A DNA stretch of 64,000 nt from Scenedesmus sp. PABB004 (lineage: Eukaryota). The notes beneath the pieces were generated by a model that made no database searches, was not told the DNA's origin, and saw only the letters and a program-made list of their open reading frames with translations. Numbering within the stretch: position 1 is the first letter of the stretch; each line of letters begins with the position of its first letter. Below, one piece after another: positions 1 to 12,440 of the stretch. Position numbers and translations under genes: made by a program. The stretch covers positions 1 to 64,000 of the forward strand of contig JABVCE010000017.1 of assembly GCA_014905635.1 (NCBI GenBank), in the 5' to 3' direction.

Positions 1-1852
1 CGCGCGCGCGGGCTGAGGGCGGCGGGCGCGCCGGCCCGCCGCGCCGGGGAGCGAGCCGCGCGCCTGAACGCGCGCGGCGATGACCACCACAGCCCCCACA
101 CGCCCGGCGGCGGTGGCGGCGCGCGCGTGCGCGCGGGCCGCGCGGGCGGGCGCCCCGCATGAAGCGCGTGTGTACGCCATGCATTTAGCATTTAGCATGT
201 ACGCAGCATGTCCGTGTCAGCAGCATGCTGAAGCATGCCTAGCCTGTGTATACAGCGTGCTGTGTGCTTAGCATTTACAGCACGCCGTGTACGACCAGCA
301 TGGGCGCAGAGGCCTCCGGGCCCCATGGCGGGGCGCGCGCGCCGCCCCCCGCCGCACGCACTGCTGCCCCCTGCGCGAGAGGGCCGTCCGTCGCCGCCGC
401 GCGTGCACGCGCGCGTGGCGGCAGGCCGCACTTCTTTGATGGCAGAGGGATCGCCCCACCCAAAGAAAAACCCACCACGTTACCGTTGTGAGAGCCGCTT
501 GCACACACAGTTTGGGATTGTACGCGGGGCGCGCATCGCTTGGCCTGGCCGTTGACGGCGAGGCGGACCGACATGGCCGAGGGAGAGACAGAGCGGGGCG
601 CCAGCCGGCTGCCCCCTTTCAACCCAACCCGCGTCCCCCTGATGAGCCTCGCCTGAGGCGCGTCCGCGCACTGCCGCCGGCGCGCGCCTGTGCCTGTGCC
701 TGTGCCCTGGCCTGAACCCTCTTGTTGTTCGCACGCCCCCAAACCAACTACTACTGAGAGCGCCCCAACCCAACTACTACCGCGCACTGCAACCAGCGAG
801 AGAGAGCCTTTGATTGTTGGCGGCCCCACATCAGGCGAGTACACGGGCGCCACTTGCATGCGGCGCGGGCGGGCGAGAGGCCGCGCGGCGCGGCGCGCGT
901 GGCTCGGTGCGTGCGGCGCCTGCCGCGGTGCGCCGTGCGGGCCCTCAGTGGTTTGACTTGGCCGAAGTGTAATAACGCGTCACCGCGGGCTATGTAAGCA
1001 CATGCACAGCAGATCAGAGGAGGCCGAGCGACGCGCGCGCCGACGCGAGCGTGCTGGGCGCGGCCGCTGCGCCGCCACGCGCGCGGTGCCGCCGCCGCCG
1101 CCGCCGCCGTGCGCGCGCGCGCTGTCGCCTTGCCTCCCTGCCGCGTGGCAGAGGTCCGCCCGGGCAGCGAGCGGCGCGGCGCGAAGGGGCGGACCCGGGG
1201 CGGGTGGTGCAGCGCAGGGCGGGTGGGGCGATCAGGGCGTGCGGCAGGCGCTCTGGTGGCGGGCGCCGGCGCTGGCCCGGCCATGCGCCATCGAGCGCCG
1301 AGCAGCGACCCCCCTGCGCGAGATTCGGCGGTGTGGCCCAGCGAGACAGCGTCCCACAACTGGCACACGCCGCCAGCCGCCAGCGAAACACGCTTTGAGC
1401 TCGCGCGGCGCGTGCACACCCGCCGCTGCTGCCGCGCATGGCGCCGCCGCCGTGGACCGCCGTGGACCAAGCAAAGGCGCCTGCAAGCCGCCAGGGGGGT
1501 CCCAAGACCTTGCACAGTCACACATTTATGGAATCACCAACATGGCGTGGCACGGCCGGCCCAGACCTGTGCCAGAGCAGTTCCAGACGTGGCTGTCGCC
1601 ACAGTGCGACGGCGCGCGCGCGCGCGCCCGGCCACCGCCCGCGAGCCGCGGGCACGCCGCCGCGCTCGCGCTGACAGCGCCGTGGCCGCACGCTGCGCTG
1701 CAAGGTTACTTTGGTCATTGCCTCTCCGCCGCCGGTCGCGCGAACTCCCTGGCTCCCCATGCCTGCCTGCTCGGCAGGGCTGCAGCAGACTGCCGGCCCT
1801 CTCTGCCGACCGCGCCATGCTCTGTGTGCCCCGTGTTGCATGCCTCGCCCCT

Positions 1853-1935
1853 CCCGCTCCCTCCCTCCCTCCCTCCCTCCCTCCCTCCCTCCCTCCCTCC
1901 CTCCCTCCCTCCCTCCCTCCCTCCCTGCCTGCCTG
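1853..1935. repeat. (CCCT)n microsatellite
   Basis: Direct tandem run of ccct units grading into cctg. Confidence 0.95.
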
Positions 1936-2030
1936 CCTAACCTCGCCCCACCTCCCGCATGCCTGGCTCTCCGCGCGCCTCGCCGGCGCCTCGCCCGGCC
2001 GCATCGGGCCCCGCCGCCGCGGCCGGCTCA

Positions 2031-2195
2031 TCAGACCTGGGGCTGCGCGGGCACGCCCGCAAACTCGGCGCTCACGTCCCACACCGCGGCGGCCATCTTC
2101 TCGTCGTACGCGTGGCTCCCCGGGCGGCAGAGCTTGGTGCGGCCCATGAGGCCGTTGCCCAGCAGCCTGGCGGCGCCGTTGCCCAGCAGCCTGGC
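2031..2195 (-). pseudogene. Orphan exon resembling the C-terminus of a short-chain dehydrogenase/reductase
   Basis: Translation ...LCRPGSHAYDEKMAAAVWDVSAEFAGVPAQPQV* resembles the SDR tail motif (S..AyD...A..lW..S..l.G). No upstream SDR exons are seen before the gene at 2849. Confidence 0.35.
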
Positions 2196-2848
2196 AGCGC
2201 CGCGCACGCGCGCCGCGCGCCCGCGGCGTCGGGGCGCCCCCCGGGCGCCCCGGCAGCCCCCATCCCGCCAGCCGCCGGTGTTGAGACCACCGGCCGGCCG
2301 GCGCTCCCACGGCGGTAGCGAGGCCGGGGAGCACGCCCTCTGCAGACGGGAGCAGAAGGGGCGGACCCGGCGACTGACCTCCTCCAGCGCGTCCCCCGCG
2401 CGCCGTGCCGCACGCTGGGCGTTCAGAGCAACAACTTGGGAGCATGCCAGCGACGCGGCAGCCGGCAACACACCGAACTGCGCTGGTCTCAGTCTGCAGC
2501 AGCACGCTGCACCGCACACGCGGGCGCGTCCACTGACCTCCGTGTCCAGAAACTCGAGAGAGCCTTCCGACCGGTGGCGGCGGGCGCAGGTGCGCGGCGG
2601 GCGCCGGCGGGCGCGGGGCCGTCGCGCCGGCCACAGGGGCAGTGCCGGGTCCGGCCGGGCGGCGTGTTACACATCACGTGCGCGTTGTGCTTCACACGCG
2701 CCGCCACGCGGTCCGGGGCGCCGCCGTGGAGGCGGCCTGGAAGCCAGGCCAGGTCGAGAGCAGCGGGGTCGCGCCTGACGCCCCTCGCCGCCGCGCCGCC
2801 CTGCAGATGACCGGCGCCGCTGCCTGACCGTCACAGACGGCGACAGCC

Positions 2849-5800
2849 ATGCGCGCGGCGCGCCGGCGCGCGCCGGCACCGGCGGGCCTGGCGGCGGCGC
2901 TGCTGCTGCTGCTGCTCGCGTCGGCGCCGGCGGCGGCGCAGGCGCCCGACGCGCCCGAGGCGCGCGGCGTGGCGGCGGTGCCGTCGCCGGCCGGCGGGGG
3001 CGCAGGCGCCGAGGCGCAGCCCGCCGGCGCCGCGCGCGCGGCGGCGACGGCCGCGGCGCAGCGCGCGGGCGGCCGCACCGTCATCGCCAAGCTCCGCCGC
3101 GGCATCTGCGACTGGCGCACCGGCGCGATCGACGACGCCGACCTGGCCCGCGTGCTGCGCCGCGCGGCGCGGGAGGGCCTCGCGTTCCGGGGCGCGCTGC
3201 CGACCAACTGCTGGCTCGAGTTTGCGCCCGACGCCTCGCCCGAGCGCACCGCGGCGGCGGTCGCGGCGCTCGCAGTCGGCACGGGTGCGAGGCGCGGCGG
3301 CGCCCGGCGCGCGCGGCGCGCGGCGCGCGGCGGCGGCGGCGCCAGCCAACCGGTGGCTACCGGCAGAGCCGGGCGGGGGGCGCCTGGCGGCGGGCCCGCT
3401 CACCGCCCGCCGCGCCCACCGCGCGCAGAGGCCTCCGACGCGGGCGACGCGTCGGCCGCAAGCCTCGAGGCATCCCCGTTTGCCATCGCTGACGTGTCGG
3501 TCCCTAAGACGGTGACGCTGCCCGCGCCCACGCGGCAGACGCCGGAGCAGGCGGCCGCGGCGGCCGAGGCGGCGTCCGCAGCAGAGGCGGCGGCGGCGGC
3601 CCGCGGCGGCGCGGCCGCGCCGCGCTCGCCCGCGACCGTCCCGCCGGAGTGCCCCAACGGCGTGTGCCCCAAGCTCTGGGGCATGCAGGTGCGCGCGCGC
3701 GGGCGGCCCGGCGCTGCGCCCGCCTCGGCCGCGCTGAGCTGCGCTGCCTGCGCCTGCGCACGCACACGCGCGCCCACGCCGCCGCACAACTCGGCTCCCT
3801 CGCCGCGCCGCCACCACCACCACCGCCGCCGCCGCGCCCAGGCCATCAACGTGTCGCCGGTGTGGGAGGACTTCCTGCCGGTGCCGACGTTCCTCAAGTT
3901 TGCGACCTTCATCGACACGGGTGCGCGGCGGGGGTGTTACTTTTGTTGTTGTTTGTTATTTGCACCAAAATAACAGACATGTTGACAAAAAGTCAGCGTT
4001 TCGTCGTTGGAGCGGAGCGATTGGGGCCAGCTCCAGCCGCTGCGCCCGACGCGCGCGCGGCGGCCCCGCGCGCGCCCACCGCCCACCGCGCCGCTGCCCC
4101 CCATTCCCCTCCCCCCCCCCCCGCAGGCGTTGACTTTTCACACAACGACCTGAAGGGCCAGTTCAATGAGCAGGACAGCGCGACGTTCAACCAGGCGGGC
4201 AACCAGCCCCCCAACGGCGCGAGCAACACCGCGCTCGCGCAGAGCTGCATGGGCTTCCACGGCACGCACGTCGCCGGCACCGCCGCGGGCGCGTGGGCGG
4301 CGGCGACACGCGCGGTGCGTGTGTTCCCCGCGCGCCGCCGCCGCCGCGGGGCCGGCGCCTCCGCCGCCGCGCGCCGCGCGGCACGCCCTCCCTCCTCGGC
4401 CCTCCCCTCTCCTCAGCCCTCTCCTCAGCCCTCTCCTCAACCCCCTAAACCCCTCGTTTTTGCTGTAAACCCTGCCGCAGGCATCGCGGGCGTGCTGGGC
4501 CCCTCGCAGGGCACGCTCATCAGCTGCACGCCGTTCTACCTACCCACGGGGGCGCAGTGCGCGCCCGCGGGCGAGAGCCAGGCGCGCGGACCGCGCGGCG
4601 CGCGGCGCGCGGCGGGCGGGGCGTTGTTGGGGTGGGTGGGGGGCGGCGTGGAGCGCGGCGCGTGTTTGTGTGTGTGCGCGCGCGCAGGGCTCGCCCCGCA
4701 CACACCCAGCCAACGCACCCACGCCACACACACCCACGCCAACGCACACACGCCGCCGGTGCCATGCGCGCAGGTGCAATACACCGACGCCGACGTCGCC
4801 AAGTGCACCAAGCACGCCTCACAGGCGCGGCGCGGCGCCGCCGCCGCCGCCGGCGCGCCCCCACGCACCCGCGCGCCGCGGCCCCGCTCACCCACGCTTG
4901 CCGCCCGCACGCCTGCCCGCCGGCGCCGCCCCCCCCCCCCAACCCCGACACAACCAATCAATCAACCCAACGCAACCAACCAACGCGACAAAACCAACCA
5001 AACCCCGCGCCCAGACCAACGCCAACGCGGTGGTCAACCTGAGCCTCGGCGCCCTGTACAAGTTCACCGAGGCCGACTGGACCCTGCAGCGCGACAGCAT
5101 CAAGCAGTTCATCTGCGACCAGGTGTGTAGGGGGTCAGGGTTTAGGGTTGAGAGTAAAGGGTTCTAGGCGGGGCTCAGGCGGGGGCACCGGCCGTCGCGC
5201 GAAACGCGCGGTCGCGGCGTGCGCGCGACCACTCCCCCCCGCGCGCTCGCTCCCGCGTCCCTCCCGCCCCGCAACCCCTGCTGAACCCCCGCCCTCAACC
5301 CCGGCACCCCCCCCTACCTAACCCCGCGCGCGCAGGACGGCATCGTCGTCGCGGCGGCGGGCAACTACGGCGTTGAGATGACCACCCCCGGCACCCTGGC
5401 AAGCGGCTTTGCGTACGATGGCTTCTACCCCGGCGGCTTCGCCGTGAACTTCCCAGACTGCGTCCTCGCCGTCGCGGGTGCGCGGCGCGGCGCGCGGCGG
5501 CGGTGCCCGCGGCGGCGGCGGCTCGCTTCTGTTCGTTTTGACGGCATTTGTGGCGTGCGGGGGCGCCGCGCCGCGCGCGCGGGCGTTTTCCCCCCGCCTG
5601 CCGCCCGCGCGCGGCGGCCGCCCGCGCTCGCCCACGCCCACACGCGCCACAAACCCACACGCCCACGCACCACACCCACACAACCGCCGCGCAGCCGTGG
5701 ACGAGGCGGGGCGGCTCGCAGACTTCAGTGACTTTGGTCCCTCCGTCTCCCTCGCCGCGCCGGGGGTCAACATCCTCAGTGACAAGCAATCCGAGTTCAA

Positions 5801-7213
5801 CGGCAACGCCGCGGCCGCCGACCCGTGGGCCGACGAGACGATGGCGGGGACGAGCATGGTGCGGCGGCGGCGCGGCGCGGCGGCGCGGCGGGGAGAGCGG
5901 CGGCTGCGCTGCGGCGGGGCGGCGGGGCCCGCGAGCCGCGCGGCGGCGGCGCTGCGGGCCCCCGGGGGCGCGCGCTGTGCGCTGCGCGGGCGCGGGGCCC
6001 GCTTGAGCGCGCGCCCGCCGCCGTCGCCGCCGCCGTGTGTGCCCGCAGGCCACGCCGCACGTGACCGGCGTGGCGATGGTGCTGCGCAACGCCTTTCCGG
6101 CCGCCACCGCCAAGCAGGCGCGCCTCACCGGGCGGCGGGCGGGCGCGGGCGCGCGGCGTCCAGGCGCGTGGAGGGACCGCCCCCTGCCCTCGCTCGCGCT
6201 CAAACGCGCGCCGCCTGCTGTGCCGCCCCGCAGGTGGTGGGGTGCCTCAAGTCCACGGCGACCAAGGCGGTGAAGCCGCCGGCAAGCTTCCCCAACCGGT
6301 GCGCCCCACTCTCCGCCCCCCTCCCGCTAGCGCCGCCCGGCGCCGTCCGCCCTCGCCCGCCGGCGCCCTCTCGCCAGCGCGCCGGCCCGCCGCCGCCGCC
6401 CCGGCCCACCGCCGCCGCCCTGGCCCGCCCGCCGCCGCCGCCGGCCCGCCCGCCGCCGCCGCCGCCCCCGTCAGGTCCATCGGCGGCGGCATGCTCGACG
6501 CGGGCGCGGCGTACGCGTGCCTCCAAGCCATCATTGACCCGCCCTCCTCGCCCTCGCCGCCGGGGCCGCGGCCGAGCCCGAGCCCGCGCCCGCCCAGCCC
6601 GCGCCCGCCGCGCTCGCCGAGCCCCGCGCCGCCGAGCCCGCGCCCGCCGAGCCCGCGCCCGCCCGCGGGCAAGCGCTGCCCCAAGACGGACCTGCCCGGC
6701 TGCGTCGACGCGGCCTCGGGTGCGCCGCGCGCCGCGCCGCGCGCCGCGCCGCGCGCCGCGCCGCGCGCGCGCCCGCGCCCGCGCGCGCATGCGCGCGCGC
6801 CCCGCGCCGCGCCGCCCTCTCCCACCCGCCCTCTCCCACCACCCGCCCGCCCGCCGCTCCCCGCCACTCGCCATTCCCTGCCGCCAGGCGAGGTCGTGCG
6901 GGAGGGGTCGGACTGCCGGACCTCATACTGCCTGCGTGTGGAGCCGCGCGGCGGGCTCAACGCGCTGCGCCCGCGCATCCCGCGCAGCGAGACGCACATC
7001 TGCCGCTACGCGCTGCTCCCCGCGGGCGCGCGGTGCCGCGGCTCCGTCAGCCCCTGCACGACGTGGGCGGTCTGCGCCGGCGGCGCGCCGGAGTGCCCGC
7101 CAAACGTGGTGCACGCCGACGGCACGGCGTGCGCCAACCCCAACGGACTCTACCCGCGCCCCGCGTCGCCCGCGCCGGCGCCCAGCAGCGGCGGCGGCGG
7201 CGGCACGCTCGCT

Positions 7214-7252
<39 letters not shown>

Positions 7253-7597
7253 GGCGGCGGCGGCGGCGGCACGGGCGCGCTCGGGGACCTGAGCGTGCCG
7301 CGCAGCCGCGCGCGGCGGCGGCGGCGCGCCACCGCGCCCACGGCCGACGCGGGCGGCGGCGGCTCCGTCGCGGGCAGCGCCGTCGCGGGCGCGCTGGACG
7401 CGCTCGTGGCGGGGCGCGACGCGGCGAGCGCGCGGCTGCCGGTTGACCAATACGAGGGGTATGGCCGCGGCGGCGGCGACTCCAGCGGCGCCGACTCTAG
7501 CGGCGGCGACAGCAACGCCGGCGGCCAGCAGTCGCGACCCACCGCGGCCGTGTGCGGGCAGTGCCAGGCGGGCGTGTGCGTGGGCGTCGCGTGCTGA
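2849..7597 (+). CDS. Secreted subtilisin-like serine protease (S8) with SP-rich linker and C-terminal disintegrin-like Cys-rich domain; multi-exon
   Basis: Signal peptide LAAALLLLLLASAPAAA. Catalytic motifs across exons: FIDTG (~3910), HGTHVAG (~4258), VVNLSLG (~5030), VVAAAGN (~5345), LAAPGVNI (~5751) and GTSM|ATPHVTG (~5848/6049). Stop at 7595-7597. Confidence 0.9.
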
Positions 7598-7842
7598 GCT
7601 GAGTGCGGCAGCAGGGGCAGGGATGGGAGAGGGGGCGGGACCTTCCTTGCTGCGGCGCAGGCGTGGACTGCGTGCTGTGCGTGCGCACACGGGCTGCGTG
7701 TCTGTTCAGCGATCAGAGCACTGGCTGGTTGGCATGGCTGTATTTGCCCCGCCTGCCGTGGGGATTGGTGGCGTGACGGTGCTGGCGCTGTGGGCACACG
7801 TGGCGTGTTAACGGCCACAGTCAACAGCTCACGCCCTGCCGC

Positions 7843-10800
7843 TCAGCTGCCCTGCCGCGCCCGCTTGCTCGCCGGCTGCAGCTGGGCCTGCTCCGACCGC
7901 GCCACCAGCACCTCGTCCACGCGGCCCGCCAGCCAGCGCTGCCGCTCCTCTGCGCCGCGCAGCTCTGCCCACTCAAACCAGGGCACCACCACCAGCGAGT
8001 AGCCCCGCGCCACCAGCGCCCAGTTTCTGCGCGCGCGGCGGCAGATGGGCGGGCGGGCAGCGTGTAAGCGCCGCTCACTGAGCGGGCCTGCCTGCTTGTG
8101 GGCGCGCATGAGGGCTGGCCAGCGGAGCGCCGCCGCGGCAGCGCCCGCACCTGAACAGCGTGTCTCCTGTGAGGCCGCGGCCGGGCGTCGTGAAGTGGAA
8201 AGGCCCGTCCGCCTCCACCGCCAGCCGCGCGCCGGCCGCCGTCGTGGCGGTGATGTCGACCCGGCAGGCGCCGTCCGGCGCCGCCGGCTGCTCCATCGCC
8301 GGCGGCGCCGCCCAATCCAGCGGCAGGCGCTGCAGCGCGGCAAACACCTCGCGCTGCAGCTGAGAGGTTGGCTGTTTCTGCGTCGCCTCCAGCGACGCGG
8401 CCCACGCTGCGCGGCAGGCCTCCAGCTGCTGCGGCGCCAGCGCGCCCGCCAGCCCCGGCCTCCCGCTGCCGCCAGGCAGCTGCAGGCCGCAGTCCGTCGC
8501 CCACAGCTGCACCTGGTGCAGCTGGCACAGATCCTCAGGTGCCATGGCACCCCACTGCTCGCTGGCGGCGCGCGCCAGTATCGCCAGCTCGCTTGCGCAC
8601 TGCCGCAGGTCCAGCACCGCCACAGCCCAGCAGGTGTTCGCCAGATCCTGCTCCGGCCAGCTGGTGCCCGCCTGCACCTGCGCCGCCGCCCGCCGCAGCA
8701 GCGGGCCCAGCAGCCGCTCGTCCGCGTGGCCCAGCTTGGCGCACGCCAGGGCCATGTTGGCAAAGGCTTGAGCGCTGCTGTCCGCCAGCAGCCGCTCCAG
8801 CTGAGCCGGCTGCTGCGCCAGTGCCGCGAGCAGCTGGGACGGCAGGTGACGCAGCTGCCCGCACGCCCACAGCATGTTGGACACAGCCTGGGGTGTGGCC
8901 ACGCCCAGCTGCCGCTCCAACGTCACCAGCAGCGGCTGCAGCTGCGTCTGCGGCACCTCGCGGCCCAGGGTGGCCACCGCCCACAGGGTGTTGGCCACAT
9001 CCTGGGGCTTTGCCACGCCCAGCTGCCACTCCAGCGCCGCCAACAGCTGCTCCAGCTGCGGCTGCGGCACCTCGCGGCCCATGGTGGCCACCGCCCACAG
9101 GGTGTTGGCCACATCCTGGGGCTTTGCCACGCCCAGCTGCCACTCCAGCGCCGCCAACAGCTGCTCCAACTGCGGCTGCGGCACCTCGCGGCCCATGGTG
9201 GCCACCGCCCACAGGGTGTTGGCCACATCCTGGGGCTTTGCCACGCCCAGCTGCCACTCCAGCGCCGCCAACAGCTGCTCCAGCTGCGGCTGCGGCACCT
9301 CGCGGCCCATGGTGGCCACCGCCCACAGGGTGTTGGCCACATCCTGGGGCTTTGCCACGCCCAGCTGCCACTCCAGCGCCGCCAACAGCTGCTCCAGCTG
9401 CGGCTGCGGCACCTCGCGGCCCATGGTGGCCACCGCCCAGAGCGTGTTGGCCAGCTCTTGGGGCTTGGCCGCGCCCGCCTGCCGCTCCAGCGCCGCCAGC
9501 AGCTGCTCAAGCTGCCGTTGCGGCACCGCGCGGCCCATGCTCGCCACCGCCCACAGCACGTTGGACACAGCCTGGGGCGAGGCTGCACCCAGCTGCCGCT
9601 CCAGCGCCGCCAGCAGCTGCTCCAGCTGCGGCTGCGGCACTCCGCGGCCCATTTCGGCCACCGCCCACAGCGTGTTGGCCAGCTCTTGGGGGTTGGCAAT
9701 GCCCAGCTGCCGCTCCAGCGCCGCCAGCAGCTGTTCCAGCTGCCGCTGCGGCACCGCGCGGCCCATGCTCGCCACCGCCCACAGCGAGTTGGCCACGTCC
9801 TGGGGCTTTGCCACGCCCAGCTGCCGCTCCAGCACCGCCAGCAGCTGCTCCAGCTGCGGCTGCGGCACCTCGCAGCCCATTTTAGCCGTGGCCTACAACG
9901 TGTTGGCCAGCTCTTGGGGGTTGGCTGCGCCGAGCTGGCGCTCCAGCGCCGCCAGCAGCTGCTCCAGCTGCCGCTGCGGCACCGCGCGCCCCATGGTCGC
10001 CACCGCCCACAGCGTGTTGGCCACGTTTTGAGGCGTGGCTGCGCCCGGCTGCCGCTCCAGCGCCGCCAGCAGCTGCTCCAACTGCGCCTGCGGCACCGTG
10101 CGACCCGTGGTCGCCACCGCCCACAGCGTGTTGGCCACGTTTTGGGGGTTGGCAATGCCCAGCTGCCGCTCCAGCACCGCCAGCAGCTGCTCCAGCTGCG
10201 CCTGCGGCACCTCACGGCGCATGGTGGCGACCGCCCACAGCGCATTGGCCACGTACTGAGGTGTGGCCGCGCCTTGCTGCCGCTCCAGCGCCGCCAGCAG
10301 CCGCTGCACGTCGCCCTGCTCCAGCGCCACGCCAGCCTTGGCCGCGCCGTACGCCGCGCTGGCCAGGGCCTGGGCATTGGCGCCGCGCAGCTGCTCAGGG
10401 GCCAGGAACCGCGCCAGGCAGGCCGTGAGCAGCGGCCCGTTGTAGCCGCACACGCCGGCCGCCCACACCACGTTGGACAGCTCCCGGCAGCGACACGCCT
10501 GCAGGAGCGCCGGCTGCAGCAGCTGCTCCTCCACGCGCCGCAGCAGCTGTTGCGCCGCGGCCTGGGCGGCGCTGGTGCGGATGACGCCGCGCCGCACCCA
10601 CTGGCCCAGCTGCGTGGCCGTCGCCGCAAGGTGCTGGTGCTGCATTTCCGGGCTGCCCGCGTGCTGCTCCGCCAGCTGCCGCAGCTCCGCGAGGGTGGCC
10701 GCCTCCTTGATGGCCGTCATGAGCGCGTCACGGCCCTGTCGGCGGGTGAGGCGTGCACAGCGTCAGGGCCAGGGCTGGCGCAACGGCTCCACCGCACCGG

Positions 10801-10926
10801 CTGGCCCTGCGTGCGACCAAGCACACACACCTTGCCGCCGCCAGGCGCCGCCGCCCGCTGCCAGCCCCGGCCGCCGCCGCTGCCGCCGCCCCTGCCGCCG
10901 CCCCTGGAGCGCTGGGGCCGGCCGCC

Positions 10927-10979
<53 letters not shown>

Positions 10980-11439
10980 CCCTGCCTCGCTCAGGGCTCA
11001 GGCCGCCGCGACCGCGCGCGCTGCGGCCGCCGCCCCGCGCACTGCTGCCACCGCCGCGGCCGCCCCGCGCCGGCTGGCGCCTCCCGCCGCGCCCCCGGCC
11101 TGCGTTGCTGCTGCTGCTGCTGCTGCTGCTCCCGCTGGGCTCACCGCCACCGCCAGCAGCGGCCGCGGCGCACACCCAGACCGGCGTGGCCTCGCGCGGA
11201 GACGCCAGCGGCGGCCGCGGCGCCCTGGCGGCGCCGCTGCTCGCGCGCTGGCCGGCGGGCGGCGCGCAGCACGGCCGGCGGCGCGGCGCGGCGACCGCCG
11301 CGCGGCCTCGGCAGCCCGCCGGCGCCGCTGCCCCTGGGCCGCCGGTCGGCCAGCCGCCGCCGCGCGGCCGCCCCGCCGGGGCGCCGAGGGCGCGCCCGCC
11401 GCCGCTGCTCCCCAGCGCCCGCATCGCCCCTGCCGCCAT
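7843..11439 (-). pseudogene. OPR-RAP protein copy 1 (12 core 38-aa repeats) with an in-frame TAG; exons 11439-10831, 10735-8151, 8026-7843
   Basis: Repeats of the type PQDVANTLWAVATMGREVPQPQLEQLLAALEWQLGVAK. RAP domain VDI...LAVEADGPFHF...GDTLFR|NWALVARGYSLVVVPWFEW. Transit-peptide-like N-terminus and polyQ. The Trp codon of repeat 4 is TAG (9893-9895). Confidence 0.85.
8894..10261 (-). repeat. 12 x 114-bp coding tandem repeat (OPR array)
   Basis: The period is exactly 114 nt. Units 9-11 (9008-9349) encode identical peptides. Confidence 0.95.
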
Positions 11440-12440
11440 GGGCTGCCGGGCGGCGGTGCTGCGGGCGCTCCTAGATCAAGCACCGCACGTGGCCGCCCAC
11501 GCCAGCCGCGCCAGGGCAGGGCGCGCCAGGGCAGGGCTCGCCGCCGGCAGGGCGCGGCGCGGCGCGCCCGCGCCGCTGCGCTGGGCCCGCCTCCCCGCTG
11601 CGCGCCCGGCCGCCCGGGCGGTGGCGGGCGGCAGCAGGCGCGGTGTCAGGGGTGGTCGCGGAGCGCCGGCGGCTGCGGCGGCCGCGGCGGCGCGGGACGC
11701 GCACGCGAGCGGCGGGGCGCTGCTGCTGCTGGCGAGCGGCGTGGGCTGGAGGATGTGGGGCTGGCGCACTGGCACTGGGTTGGGCTGGAGGTGGTCGCCG
11801 CACCGGGCAGAGCGCGCCGCCAGGGCCGTGTGAGCTGAACCGCCGCCGCCCCTCGTCGCGCGCTCCGGCGCGCCAGCGTTTACTCGCGCAGCGCCGCCCC
11901 CCGCTGCTGCCGTGCCCCGGACGCCTGTCGCGGCGCCTCGCCGTCCACCCCGTGCACCCCCGATTAATGTACAAGCAGCGCGCCCAGGCGGCCCTGCCCA
12001 GCGCGCCCGCCCCACGCACTCGCACACCCACACACACACACCAAGCCGCCGCGCCGCGCACGCGCGCGCCGCGGGCGCGCCCGCCACACAGGGTGCCCGG
12101 GCGCGCGCCGCGCCGCGCCGCGCTGTGCGAGCGGCACGGCGCGGCGGAGGGGGCCAGCAGCAATCAACGGGCGCGAGCTGGCGCGGCTGCCGCCGGCCCA
12201 GCCCGCGCGCTGCGCCGCAGCACCGCGCAGGCCCCCAGCCTCGCTCAGCGCTGCGCCTGCACCGGTGAGCAGCAGGCGCCGCTGCCCCGCCGCTGCCCCG
12301 CCGCTCCGCGCCGCCGAGGCGCGGCCCTGCAGCAGCAGGGCCTGCCCCCCGTCAGCGCCGCCGCTGCGCCGCGTCAGCAGCAGGAGCTGGTCTTGCGCGC
12401 CTGCCCGCCGCTCCGCCGCGCCGCCGCGTCAGCGTCAGCG

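Noticed and set aside
9893..9895. TAG reassignment (non-standard genetic code)
   Set aside because: TAG ends other genes here (16225-16227, 23184-23186), and the site aligns to Trp TGG, so it is a point change.
8894..10261. Regular repeat array as CRISPR
   Set aside because: The units are contiguous, coding and 114 bp long, with no unique spacers and no cas genes, in a eukaryotic context.
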